From: an uncultured Thermoplasmata archaeon
Lineage (GTDB): Archaea > Thermoplasmatota > Thermoplasmata > UBA10834
Assembly: GCA_963719945.1 (NCBI GenBank)
Contig: CAVRDX010000004.1
Coordinates: forward strand, 256,001-320,000
DNA: 64,000 nt
Direction: 5' to 3'
The notes under the pieces are model-generated. The model was not told where the DNA came from, did not search any database, and saw only the letters and a program-made list of their open reading frames with translations. The translations under genes and the position numbers were made by a program. Of this stretch, positions 40,641 to 50,329 are shown one piece after another (the first letter of the stretch is position 1; each line of letters starts with the position of its first letter).

Positions 40641-41538
40641 TCATGAAACGTCAGTTTTTTCGAGTAGCCCGGATAATCGCTCCCAACACTCGTTCATCGC
40701 ATCGATGGCAGGACATTTCAATCGATCATCGATGACGTTTCCCTTTTGCCATCTCTTTCGCCAAGATCTCATCGTACGGTATCTTGCCAAGGAAATCAAC
40801 GCCTCTCTCCATTGCCATTCTCTCAATGGAACCCGTGGCGTCAGCGTTGATGTCTGCCCTATTCACGACGATGGCAGCTCTGATCCCAAAACCATGTACC
40901 AGGTCCAGTATTCTCTCGAGATCGCTGAGGCCAGAATTGGTCGGTTCAGTGACAACCACAGCAATGTTCGCGCCTGACAATGATGATATGACCGGGCATC
41001 CAACTCCCGGTGGTCCATCAACGAGAATGAATGGAAGATCATGTTCTCTTGCCATCATCCGGGCTTTTTGTTTTACTATCGCCACCAGCTTTCCCGAGTT
41101 CTCGGCACCTGGTTCCAGGAGCGCATGTATCATTGTTCCGCAGTCGGTTTCTGAGACGAACCAATCACCGACATACCTGTCCTTCATCTCGACTGCCCCA
41201 TTGTCACATATCCTGGCACATAGAGCGCATCCTTCACACGCATCTGCATCTATTCTGACCTTGCCAATGCCAGGATTGCCTGTGCTTAGTATGGCATCGA
41301 ATCTGCATGCAGGGATGCACCAACCACAACTGGAGCACATGGTATCATTTATCTCCGCAATCTTCGAACCGATGAAACGCTCACTCTGAACCATCTTTGG
41401 CCTAAGCATCAGATGAAGGTTCGGCGCATCGACGTCACAATCCGCCAGCACTTTATCATGCATCACAGAGGCCAGAAATCCTAGAAATGTGGTCTTGCCA
41501 GTTCCACCTTTTCCGCTTATTACGACGATTTCCTTCAT
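40641..41538 (-). pseudogene. MinD-like P-loop ATPase with inserted 2x[4Fe-4S] domain (COG1149), +1 frameshift near 40738-40747
   Basis: SGKGGTGKT, DCDVDAPN, CxxCxxCxxxC twice, DGPPGVGCP; natural C-terminus (...PAIDAMNECWERL) continues in another frame. May be a sequencing error. Confidence 0.8.
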
Positions 41539-42419
41539 CGAGATGCCTCCTTCAGAATGCAGTCTCTTAGCTCCGAGAATACACTAGCATATTCCGGAAG
41601 GTCCGAGATGATTCCTCCTTTCGAGTAGATCTCGGCAATCCTTCTATCAAGGGGTAATGTGCCAGCTACTGGCACATCTAGCGATTCACATAGCTTGCGG
41701 ACATTTGGGCCGGGGAGACCATACTTGTTGATGAACACCATCGTGGGTATGTCGAGCTTTCTTGTCACGTTTAGCGCCAGCTTCAGGTCATGGATCCCAA
41801 ACGGAGTGGGCTCGGTCACCAGAACGCAGATGTCTGCTCCTCTGATGCTCTCCACCGCTGTGCATGCTGTCCCAGGCGGGCAATCTATTATCGTTACATA
41901 ATCGCCAGGGATCGCCCTCTTCACCTTCTTTATCAATGAGGTAGCCGTTGCCTCGCCCACCTTCAACCTCCCATACAGGAGGTTCAGTATGCCTCCATTC
42001 GCTCTGACGATGGCACCCATCATATGGTCCTTCTCAATGATCGCATCTTCCGGACAGAGCATCGTGCATGCGCCACAGCCATGGCAGAGTTCTTCGAATA
42101 CCATGACTTCCTTGGGCAGCACGACGATGGCATGGAATTCACATACTTTGCCGCAATTCCCGCATAGCGTGCATTTGTCTCGGTCTATTTTTGGCACGGG
42201 TCTGTAGGCAGCTTGCTCCGAATTGGAGGTGGCGCCTGCAAAGATGTGGCAGTTGGGCTCTTCCACATCCAGATCAACGAGAAGAGAACCATCAGTCACT
42301 GCTGCGAGGTTGGTGGCGACCAGGGTCTTTCCAGTCCCTCCCTTTCCGCTGGCTATCGCTATTCTGATTGGATCTCCTCCATTACACGAGGGCATGATCA
42401 GTGGTGATGATCCTTGCAT
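41535..42419 (-). CDS. MinD-like P-loop ATPase with inserted 2x[4Fe-4S] domain (COG1149)
   Basis: IAIASGKGGTGKT, DLDVEEPN, CTLCGNC/CHGCGAC, DCPPGTAC and TEPTPFG; start uncertain. Confidence 0.9.
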   Translation of the reverse strand: MQGSSPLIMPSCNGGDPIRIAIASGKGGTGKTLVATNLAAVTDGSLLVDLDVEEPNCHIFAGATSNSEQAAYRPVPKIDRDKCTLCGNCGKVCEFHAIVVLPKEVMVFEELCHGCGACTMLCPEDAIIEKDHMMGAIVRANGGILNLLYGRLKVGEATATSLIKKVKRAIPGDYVTIIDCPPGTACTAVESIRGADICVLVTEPTPFGIHDLKLALNVTRKLDIPTMVFINKYGLPGPNVRKLCESLDVPVAGTLPLDRRIAEIYSKGGIISDLPEYASVFSELRDCILKEASR

Positions 42420-42757
42420 GCGATATCATGTGTCGCTGGCTGCAGCTTACCCTCGGTCCACAGCTTGATTGCGTCTCTCGCAGTTCCGGTCGCTCCTACG
42501 AATACTTCGATGTTGAACGACTGGAGCATGTCGATTGCCCTTGGTCCAAGGCCAGCGCATAGCATGATCCGAGCACCGGTTTTCGCTATGTGCTCTGGTG
42601 GTTTTCCAAGGCCACCCATGTGCTCGCTCCTGTTCTTCACGATCAAAACATCGTTGCTGTCGAGGTCCACTACCGTGAACGTCGGCGCGCGGCCGAAGTG
42701 ATCGCTCACAAGATCATCCAATCCACCTTTGTCCATTGTTGGTATGCAGAGTTTCAT
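42398..42757 (-). CDS. NifB/NifX family (FeMo-cofactor-binding-like) protein
   Basis: HFGRAPTF, GLGPRA and His-rich end CKDHHH. Confidence 0.88.
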   Translation of the reverse strand: MKLCIPTMDKGGLDDLVSDHFGRAPTFTVVDLDSNDVLIVKNRSEHMGGLGKPPEHIAKTGARIMLCAGLGPRAIDMLQSFNIEVFVGATGTARDAIKLWTEGKLQPATHDIACKDHHH

Positions 42758-42915
42758 CTGTTAGCACTCCTGTTCTTTTCGATCTTATCTTTGAATCGCA
42801 TCCTCCACCCTTCTCTGAGTATTTTGGTGGAGCCGCAGCAAAAGCATTTATCGGGTTTCTCGGGCATGGCAATATCGAGTCCGCATGCACCACATCTGAA
42901 TCTGAGGATTCTCAA
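42754..42915 (-). CDS. Small zinc-ribbon/rubredoxin-like protein (53 aa)
   Basis: FRCGACG...PDKCFCCGS; TTGA and ATGA overlaps with both neighbours. Confidence 0.65.
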   Translation of the reverse strand: MRILRFRCGACGLDIAMPEKPDKCFCCGSTKILREGWRMRFKDKIEKNRSANR

Positions 42916-43379
42916 TTCGTCCCCTTCTTGGTTTTTGAATTTCTTCCTTCGCAATCTCTTATTGCATTCCTGAACGCGATTATGGCGAGGTTGGCGCAAT
43001 GCCTGTGATCCTCCGGAAGCCCTCCCAGCGAGTGTTCGAGTTCCTCCGCCCTCAGCTTCTTTGCCTCGTCGATGGTCTTGCCAGAAACCATCTTTGTCAG
43101 CCGACTTCCGCAGGCTATAGTCGCGCCGCAGCCATCAGTATAGAATACACATCGCGTTATGCGGCCGTCCTCCACTCTTATCCATATCTCCATTGTGTCC
43201 TTGCATAGACCATCTGCGATGCCATTCCCATTTGCTTCGTCGATAGGACCTACGTTCGCCGGATTCCTGAACTCAGCGATGACCTCTTTTGAATAGATCG
43301 CTGATTCATCCGCATCGATTACGGCCATTATGTTATCGACGAGTCTGTCGAGTTCGGAGGCTTCTTGTTCGTCGCTCAT
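42912..43379 (-). CDS. IscU/NifU-like Fe-S cluster scaffold
   Basis: YSKEVIAEFRNPANVG, GLCKD, TDGCG and LGGLPEDHRHCA. Confidence 0.88.
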   Translation of the reverse strand: MSDEQEASELDRLVDNIMAVIDADESAIYSKEVIAEFRNPANVGPIDEANGNGIADGLCKDTMEIWIRVEDGRITRCVFYTDGCGATIACGSRLTKMVSGKTIDEAKKLRAEELEHSLGGLPEDHRHCANLAIIAFRNAIRDCEGRNSKTKKGTN

Positions 43380-43386
43380 GGCACCC

Positions 43387-43809
43387 TCATCCATTTGGAT
43401 TCGGCCCATGCGGACCACGACCATGATGCCCAGGGGATGTCCATGACGCCATCTGCGTCAGTTCTCCTTTCTTGAATGCATCAACTGCAGACCCGACCGT
43501 CCCTACGCATCTCGTGAATGCAGCGACACCGCTGCCGTTCAAAACCATGAAAGCGTTAGGTCCAAGATGTCCAGTGATCACCACTCCGACTCCAAGGTCC
43601 ACGACCTTCTGAGCCGCCTGAGTGCCGGCTCCACTGCCGGAGTCCTGGCCAGGGTTTCTTACCGCTCGATGTGATCCATCTGTCTCGAACACGACGAAGT
43701 AATTGCATCGGCCGAATCGTGGATCAAGAGGTGAATCTATCGAATCACCAGTCGCACTCACTGCTATGCATCGCTTGTCTTCGTCTCTTGCAGACTCTCT
43801 CGAATTCAT
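43387..43809 (-). CDS. NifB/NifX family protein
   Basis: LDPRFGRCNYF, GAGTQAAQ, ITGHLGPNA and His/Gly tail; start at ATG 43809. Confidence 0.88.
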   Translation of the reverse strand: MNSRESARDEDKRCIAVSATGDSIDSPLDPRFGRCNYFVVFETDGSHRAVRNPGQDSGSGAGTQAAQKVVDLGVGVVITGHLGPNAFMVLNGSGVAAFTRCVGTVGSAVDAFKKGELTQMASWTSPGHHGRGPHGPNPNG

Positions 43810-43813
43810 GTAT

Positions 43814-43987
43814 TCACTCCCAACATTGAGTCCCACGCATTCTTGAGCCACAATATGGACACAAAGTCCTGTTGCATGGCACGCCTCTTGTTGCGTGAGG
43901 CACTCGTTTCCCGCACTTCGGGCACACGCATAAGGTGGACCCGAACTCGGAACAGTCGTCACTTGAGGATTCTTGGTTCTCCGCCAA
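43814..43987 (-). CDS. Small Cys-rich metal-binding protein
   Basis: CVCPKCG-PH-RGVPC-CPYCG motif; GGAGG 7 nt upstream of TTG 43987. Confidence 0.7.
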   Translation of the reverse strand: MAENQESSSDDCSEFGSTLCVCPKCGKRVPHATRGVPCNRTLCPYCGSRMRGTQCWE

Positions 43988-44144
43988 TCCTTCCCCTCCA
44001 GAATCTTTGAGGGCGCATCCGTCTCGGATTGCCAAGATTGCATCCACACTGACATGGTCTGCCTCTAGATCCGAATCCTGGGTCACCGGATTTGTGATAT
44101 TCGCGGTTGTATCCAGCACCACGTCCTCCGATACCTCTCCTCAT
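43959..44144 (-). CDS. Small Gly/Arg-rich protein with CxCxC
   Basis: ATG immediately after the mrp stop with GAGGTG upstream; GRGAG and CQCGC. Confidence 0.5.
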   Translation of the reverse strand: MRRGIGGRGAGYNREYHKSGDPGFGSRGRPCQCGCNLGNPRRMRPQRFWRGRIGGEPRILK

Positions 44145-45005
44145 CTAGCTCACCTCTTTTTCAACCAACTTGATGATCCTGTCCGTGATTGGTTCGAAAG
44201 CCTTTGACGCACCATTCGAGCCACCTGCAAATGGCTTGCCCTCATCACCGCTCTTGGCAATCTCGGGATCGATAGGAAGCTTTCCAAGGATTGATATGGA
44301 GAGATCTTTGACAGCTCTCTCGACGCCGCCGTCCTCGAACAGCTTTATTTCCTTTCCACAATGCGGGCATTGCAGGCCATACATGTTCTCAACAAGTCCC
44401 AGTGTTCTCAGTCCGACTGCCTTCGCGAAATTGATGGATTTCCTGACGCTGAGGAGGGCGACATCCTGAGGCGTGGTCACTATGATTGTCCCGTCGGGGG
44501 ATGGGACGAGCTGGGCCACGCTCAATGGCTCATCTCCAGTCCCTGGAGGCAGGTCGACGATCAGATAATCAAGTTCACCCCAGGATACCTCTTCGAGAAA
44601 CTGCTTTATCGCGCCCATCTTCACAGGCCCTCGCCAGATCACCGGCGAGTCTTTGTCCTTGAGCAAGAATGCAATCGAAACGACCTTGATCGATGATCCG
44701 AAGATGGCAGGCATGATCTTGCCGTTCTCGTCTATGTTCAATGGCAGATTCGGCAATCCCAACATTTTGGGCACGCTTGGGCCATGCATGTCCGCATCAA
44801 GCAGACCGACTTTCCTTCCTTTCTTGGCTAATCCTGCAGCGAGATTCACGGCAACAGTGGATTTCCCAACGCCGCCCTTGCCGCTCATCACTATGATCTT
44901 GTGTTTGACCCCTCTGAGGTTCTCCTCTGCGCTGTTGCCGGATTTATCCTTGGAGGGAGCTGTCTGCTTTCCAGTGAATGCGTTCATACTATCGACACTC
45001 TCCAT
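44145..45005 (-). CDS. Mrp/NBP35 (ApbC) Fe-S carrier ATPase
   Basis: SGKGGVGKST, DADMHGPS, WRGP, DLPPGTGD and ENM...CPHC. Confidence 0.93.
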   Translation of the reverse strand: MESVDSMNAFTGKQTAPSKDKSGNSAEENLRGVKHKIIVMSGKGGVGKSTVAVNLAAGLAKKGRKVGLLDADMHGPSVPKMLGLPNLPLNIDENGKIMPAIFGSSIKVVSIAFLLKDKDSPVIWRGPVKMGAIKQFLEEVSWGELDYLIVDLPPGTGDEPLSVAQLVPSPDGTIIVTTPQDVALLSVRKSINFAKAVGLRTLGLVENMYGLQCPHCGKEIKLFEDGGVERAVKDLSISILGKLPIDPEIAKSGDEGKPFAGGSNGASKAFEPITDRIIKLVEKEVS

Positions 45006-45010
45006 CTGAT

Positions 45011-45397
45011 CTAGCAGGTGAACACTCGGTCTGCATCAGCAGCCTCAGCAGCGAAATCCATGAGGTTGATGAACTCGACTCCCTCGATGAACGCTTTCTT
45101 GTCTATGCCCCTTGTTTCAAGGCAAGGGATGCAGACCTGGACTTTGCCACCGCTCTGCACGAACGCGTCGATCATCTGCTTCACAGGTGCCATGCCCTCT
45201 ACCGACTTGAGCTTCTCCGCAAAACCCTTCTGGACAAGCTTGACCCCGCTTCCGGTCAAGAACACCTTCGTCTTGATGCCAAGCGCGGATGATGCGCCTG
45301 CACAAGCGAAGGTCATGGTCGCTCTTTCGACATCCTCGTCTCCGTGCGTTCCAACAACGATGAACGACTTCTTGCTGTAATCTTTAGCTTCTGACAT
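45011..45397 (-). CDS. DsrE/DsrF-like family protein
   Basis: VFLTGSGV...VCIPCLETRG; 128 aa. Confidence 0.8.
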   Translation of the reverse strand: MSEAKDYSKKSFIVVGTHGDEDVERATMTFACAGASSALGIKTKVFLTGSGVKLVQKGFAEKLKSVEGMAPVKQMIDAFVQSGGKVQVCIPCLETRGIDKKAFIEGVEFINLMDFAAEAADADRVFTC

Positions 45398-45442
45398 TCT
45401 GATACCTATGTGATACTAGCGGCATCAGGGTCAAGTCAGGAA

Positions 45443-45460
45443 CGGCGAACAAGTTCGCCG
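45443..45460. other. Perfect 8-bp intergenic hairpin
   Basis: CGGCGAAC-AA-GTTCGCCG between the DUF1847 and DsrE genes. Confidence 0.45.
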
Positions 45461-45471
45461 CCCGCCAAATA

Positions 45472-46065
45472 TCAATCTTCAGAAAGGCCAAACCTGTTCT
45501 CCTTGTAGTACGCGCTGTATATGGCTCCAATTGGGTTGTGCGCGAGCACTCGATCCTTCACTATGAGTGTCGTCACAGGTGCCTTCGAGTGTTTCGTGAA
45601 GAGTATGTCGTGCCCGATGCACAGGCCGATCGCGATGTTCATTTCAGTGCCTACCTCTGCGAGGCACATGGCTTGACCGATTGGATTGCAGACTGCTTCA
45701 TTGGCGCTATCTCCATGCATCTTGACCACTCCAAGGTCAGCCTTGTCTATTCCGCAGACCTTGCAGCATACTGAATGGACTTCGAAGTCGTTCTTCTGCA
45801 GGATATCCGTGATGGTTCTTGCCTCCGATGAAAGGCCGACACAGAATGCCACCCCGAGCTTCTTCATTCCCATCTCTTTCGCGTAGATGATCAGCTCTTC
45901 GAGTCTCGTTAGCTTCATGTAGTGCTCGGCTTCGATCTTGCCTGAGACGAGCATGGATTCGAGGTCGAACCCTTCGTACTCTCTCTTGGCCTTCTGCGCC
46001 AAACCGAAGCAGTCTTTACCCTCGTAGCAGTCCTTCTTGTCGCAATGCGCGCAATCCGTTCGCAT
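45472..46065 (-). CDS. DUF1847 family Cys-rich putative metal-binding protein
   Basis: TRLEE, GVAFCVGL, SVCCK, CNPIGQA, GLCIGHD and VKDRVLAHNP; start at ATG 46065. Confidence 0.88.
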   Translation of the reverse strand: MRTDCAHCDKKDCYEGKDCFGLAQKAKREYEGFDLESMLVSGKIEAEHYMKLTRLEELIIYAKEMGMKKLGVAFCVGLSSEARTITDILQKNDFEVHSVCCKVCGIDKADLGVVKMHGDSANEAVCNPIGQAMCLAEVGTEMNIAIGLCIGHDILFTKHSKAPVTTLIVKDRVLAHNPIGAIYSAYYKENRFGLSED

Positions 46066-46096
46066 CTTCCACACCTTCCTTCGTCTCGCAGCAGTA

Positions 46097-46741
46097 TCAG
46101 CAGATCTCTCCAATATGGCTCGCAACAAGCTTCCTCTCAGCCCTTCGCAAGATGACATCGAGAGTCGCTTTTGATATCTCCAACTTCTTCGCGAGCTTAT
46201 CGAGCGTGACCTTCCTCGGAATTTCGAAATATCCTGACTGGAACGCGATCTGGAGCACTTTCTCCTGGGCAACAGTCAGTTCGGAGGCGGTTCTCATGAC
46301 CGATACTTTCTCCACCTCGACGGTGCAACCCAAATCCTTGACCTTGGCCACAAGGTCTGTCAGAACCGCAGCATTTGGAGCTATCACGTTCCATTGCATG
46401 ACGCCGTTCTCGCGGTTGGATGCGGAATCTAGAAAACATCCAGAATCGGCCATCAATCTGCAGGCTGCACAAGTCTGGAGTTCCACGGTGCCGATGTGTC
46501 GACCAGGCCCTGCGCTTGTGAGCTGCACGTTGCAGTTCGGTTCGATGGCGCGTATCTTATCGACAAGCTCCTCTTGCGTGATCCCAGGATCCGTATCTAT
46601 CTGGAGGAGGCTCTGTCCGCCGGTACCGTTCTTCGGTATGCATCTGAGTATCTTCACTGAGAGGTCGCAACTGCTCGCGAGGCACCCTATCCAGTTGCCT
46701 GGTATCTTGATAAGAAGTGACGCGAATCTCAAACCGATCAT
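46097..46741 (-). CDS. Bat-like HTH (HTH_10) transcriptional regulator
   Basis: LTVAQEKVLQIAFQSGYFEIPRKVTLDKLA...LRRAERKL; start uncertain. Confidence 0.85.
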   Translation of the reverse strand: MIGLRFASLLIKIPGNWIGCLASSCDLSVKILRCIPKNGTGGQSLLQIDTDPGITQEELVDKIRAIEPNCNVQLTSAGPGRHIGTVELQTCAACRLMADSGCFLDSASNRENGVMQWNVIAPNAAVLTDLVAKVKDLGCTVEVEKVSVMRTASELTVAQEKVLQIAFQSGYFEIPRKVTLDKLAKKLEISKATLDVILRRAERKLVASHIGEIC

Positions 46742-47095
46742 CCGTTTCCTTCTGCCGTCGTCTCGATCGATTCTGACTCCGGTCCTTTCGAGCGGACGGG
46801 TCGATTGTATGCGGGACATTCCTCGCGAATCTTGAGTGCAGAACCGTCGATCAACGATTTTGCCGCCTTATATCTGGCGCTCGACAATATTCGATTAAAT
46901 GTCGGTTGTGACACGTCCATCTTCTCTGCGGATTGACCTTGTGAAAATCCTTCCAGATCCGACAATCTGAGTGCCTCTAGTTCATCCAAGTTCCATCTCT
47001 ATGCTTGATAGTTCGTTCAAGGGAGTCCCTTGTGGTTTGAATATCTTGTAATTGGGGTCCAGGCAGACCTTTCTGCATCTCTTTGGTCTAGGCAC
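46738..47095 (-). pseudogene. DUF134 family DNA-binding protein, +1 frameshift near 46986-46994
   Basis: GTG-PRPKRCRKV...FKPQG (manual translation) joins DELEALRLSDLEG...SQPTFNRIL...G..LKI in the next frame. May be a sequencing error. Confidence 0.85.
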
Positions 47096-47096
47096 G

Positions 47097-47118
47097 GTTA
47101 TGAATAATAATTCATAAC
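47097..47118. promoter_or_regulatory. Palindromic operator at the start of the DUF134 operon
   Basis: GTTATGAAT-AATA-ATTCATAAC, perfect 9-bp arms, 1 bp upstream of the GTG. Confidence 0.7.
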
Positions 47119-47514
47119 TACTTTAATCTTGTCCATGAATAACCTCGAGGTCGAGCAGTCATACCGAACCTCAGGCTAGGCATCTGCGTCGATCATCACG
47201 AACGTGTCCCGATGGAATTGAAAATCATCGTCGATTATTATGCATCATTTATATAGTCAAATGATGACCTCAGATGCTTTGATTCCTGATGCGTGTTTTA
47301 TGAGTGAGGCGAAACCATTAACACCCGTAAACCTCCATATCTATTCCTAGGACTCTTGGCATTCGCTGAGAGGGTAGGTGGTTTGTTTCATGGAGCGACC
47401 AGTAGATCGGTCCACCGGTGCCTCTGCATCCAGAGGCCGGGGAACCCATTGAGCTGACAGGCTACCGACTGTTGACCATCTCCGTCCGGTTCAGAGATGG
47501 TGCATGGAGGTGAG

Positions 47515-47973
47515 ATGGTGGATAGACAGAATATTGGAGACCCGATCAAAATATTGTTGGTGGAGGACAATCCAGGGGATGTTCGACTCACCGTAGAACT
47601 CTTCAAGGAATGCAAGATAAGAAACGACATGTTTGTCGTCAACGACGGCATAGAAGCAATGGAATACCTGAGACACGCGGGGAAGTACGCCGATTCGAAA
47701 CATCCGGACTTGATACTTCTGGACCTCAACCTTCCACGTAAGGATGGACGCGAGGTTCTAAAAGAGATCAAGACCGATGAGAAACTGAAGCGGATCCCCG
47801 TTGTCATCCTGACCACGTCCAGGGCAGAGGCGGACATAATCAGGACCTACGATTCATACGCAAATTGCTATGTCACGAAACCTGTGAACCTCGACGAGTT
47901 CATGAAAGTCGTTCAATCTATCGAGTCATTCTGGCTTTCTATAGTGAAGCTGCCTCCTGATGGCACGAGGTGA
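47515..47973 (+). CDS. Stand-alone response regulator (Rcp1-like REC)
   Basis: [22 protein letters not shown] and ANCYVTKP; GGAGGTG upstream. Confidence 0.92.
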   Translation: MVDRQNIGDPIKILLVEDNPGDVRLTVELFKECKIRNDMFVVNDGIEAMEYLRHAGKYADSKHPDLILLDLNLPRKDGREVLKEIKTDEKLKRIPVVILTTSRAEADIIRTYDSYANCYVTKPVNLDEFMKVVQSIESFWLSIVKLPPDGTR

Positions 47974-47983
47974 ACCTTAGGGT

Positions 47984-49838
47984 ATGTTGAGCGTACTGCT
48001 TATAGAAGACAACCAGGGCGATGTCCGCTTGATTCGGGAAATGATCAGGGAGAGAGAGACCGTCTCTCTATTCGCCCTCGAATACGTATCGACATTAGAG
48101 GACGGACTGGAGGCCATCGACAATGGACACTTCGATATCATCCTACTCGACTTGGGATTGCCAGACAGCCAGGGATTGAATACCCTGAGGACGTTGCGGT
48201 CCAAAGCCCCGAAGTCGCCTATTGTCATCATCACCGGACTTGCGGATGAAGTCACTGGGATATCTTCCTTGGAAATAGGCGCAGATGATTTTCTGAATAA
48301 GAGGGAGCTGAACGCAAGCTATCTGACCCATGCGATATTGTATGCGATTCAGAGAAAGGCCTTGACTGAGAAGTTGAAGCTGAGCGACGCATCGGTCGAA
48401 TCTGCGAACAGCGGGCTTATTGTAGCTGGACCGAAGTGGGAGATACAACATGCGAATTTGTCCGCTTCACAATACCTAGGCTACACCCAGACAGAGCTTC
48501 ATAATCAGTTATTGACCAAGTTCTCGAAGGATGAATCTAAACTCGTTGCTGGGCTGAGATCCGTTGTGATGACTTCAAGCTGGAGCGATGAGATCGAGAT
48601 GATTCGAAAGGATGGCGATCCGTTGCTGGCCGAAGTGTCAGCCACCGCTGTCAAGGACGAATCTGGCAAAGTCACGTACATAATCGTCTCCTTCTCGGAC
48701 ATTTCTGCTCTGAGGGCTGCGGAGCATGAGCTTCAAGCCACAGAGAAGAAGTATCAGCACCTATTCACTATTGCAATGGAAGGATTCTGGGTGATTGATC
48801 CTTCTGCCAAGACTATCCTAGCTAATCCCAGGATGGCTGAGATGCTCGGATACACTTCTGAGGAAATGGCTGGCAGAAGCCTCTTCGAGTTCATGGATGG
48901 CGAGAGCAAGGAGCTCATCAATATGCTCCTGCGGCCGCGGAAGTCTGGCATGTCTGAGAAACACGAAATCACTTTCGTGAAGAAGGACGGATCCGCGCTG
49001 TATGCCCTTCTGCACGCCACGCCGATCATGGATCCGGATGGTTCGTATTCTGGAGCACTTGCGTGCGTCGCAGACATATCTGATCGCAAGCGATATGAGA
49101 TTGAGCTTAAGGAACGAACCGAAGAGGCCGAGGCGCAGCGGCAGCGGGCTCGCACATATTTCGATTTGCTGGCACACGACATTGCAAACCTGATCTCGCC
49201 TATTCAGCTATATTGCGATCTCACCCGCCTTGAGAAGAATCATTCCTCGGAGACTCTGCTTCGGGCTAAGCGTTTGTCAGACCAATCGAAAAGAGCATCA
49301 TCATTGATCATCAACCTCAGAATGCTGGAGGAGCTTGAGCGAGTCGGCCCAGGGAACGTCGAATCGATCGACCTCATTGAAGTAATTGCGGATGTGAACG
49401 AGAAGGCAAGGTCGGAGTATTGGTCGAAGAGCGTCAGTCTGAAGATCGTTGGTCACAAAGGGGAAAGCGTCCATGTTAAAGGTGGCACATGGACGAAGCA
49501 TGTCATATCCGAGATTATCAACAATTCGGTCAAGCACTCCGATAGCAACGCTGTCAATATCCGCATCAGCATTTCAGAGGTTGACTGTGGGTCCGGAATT
49601 GAAGGTTGGCAGATTGATTTCAGTGACGATGGCCCTGGCATTCCAAACGATATGAAGGATCTTCTCTTCTCTACGTTTCGACCCAATGAGGCGTTTCAAG
49701 CGAGGAGTCGCTACGAACATGTCTTTCTGTTCCAGTTTCGTCAAGCATTTTGGAGGCGAGATAATAATCGGCGACCGAATTGAATCCCACCCTGAGAAAG
49801 GTGCCAAGATCACATTGAGATTGCCAAAAGGTGAGTGA
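47984..49838 (+). pseudogene. Hybrid REC-PAS-PAS-histidine kinase, +1 frameshift near 49676-49696
   Basis: REC (LLDLGLPD), two PAS domains, H-box AHDIAN, NNSVKH and DDGPGIP; C-terminus FGGEIII...GAKITLRLP lies in the next frame, stop at 49838. Confidence 0.82.
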
Positions 49839-49839
49839 C

Positions 49840-50277
49840 TTGAAAGCAGGAATATTCGTTGTCGAAGATGAGGCAGCCTTCTTCGAGATATACAATGCGG
49901 TATTTTCGTTGCTTGGGCTCGAATTGGTCGGTTGGGCGTACAGCGGCGAGGAGGGCATTGACAAGTTCAAGCAACTGGATGCCTGTCCCGCGCTGGTCAT
50001 AATGGATCACAGGCTTCCTGGGAAGAATGGCATAGAGACGATGCTCGAGATGTCTCGCATATGGCCTGATGTCAAGACGTTGTTTGTGAGCGCGGACGGA
50101 TCGGTTAGGGGAGATGCGCTTTGCCATGGTGCGCTTGACTTCATTCAGAAACCGTTCGAGTTGCGTGATTTCATGGTAGCGATCAAAAAGAGCATACCGG
50201 GGTTCTCCACCAAGATTGACGGTGAGAAGGCCAACGTTCGGAAGTTGAAGTCAGACCATGTCATTGAGTCAACCTGA
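49840..50277 (+). CDS. Stand-alone response regulator (REC)
   Basis: VVEDE, IMDHRLPGKNG, VSAD and FIQKPF; likely TTG start after AGGTGAG. Confidence 0.88.
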   Translation: MKAGIFVVEDEAAFFEIYNAVFSLLGLELVGWAYSGEEGIDKFKQLDACPALVIMDHRLPGKNGIETMLEMSRIWPDVKTLFVSADGSVRGDALCHGALDFIQKPFELRDFMVAIKKSIPGFSTKIDGEKANVRKLKSDHVIEST

Positions 50278-50329
50278 GGACCATTATCATTTGGATGGTG
50301 ACACTCTGATCGACGGATTATTTCCAGGG

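Noticed and set aside
40735-40750. Programmed ribosomal frameshift at AAAAGGGAAAC
   Set aside because: The heptamer is a -1 type signal but a +1 shift is needed; three other +1 breaks nearby lack such motifs.
42398-43809. Nitrogen fixation inferred from NifX/NifU-like genes
   Set aside because: There is no nifH/D/K/E/N; these families are widespread in non-diazotrophs.
43814-44144. One frameshifted gene joining the Gly/Arg-rich and Cys-rich ORFs
   Set aside because: Each part has its own plausible RBS and start codon, so two small genes is the simpler reading, though a fusion is not excluded.
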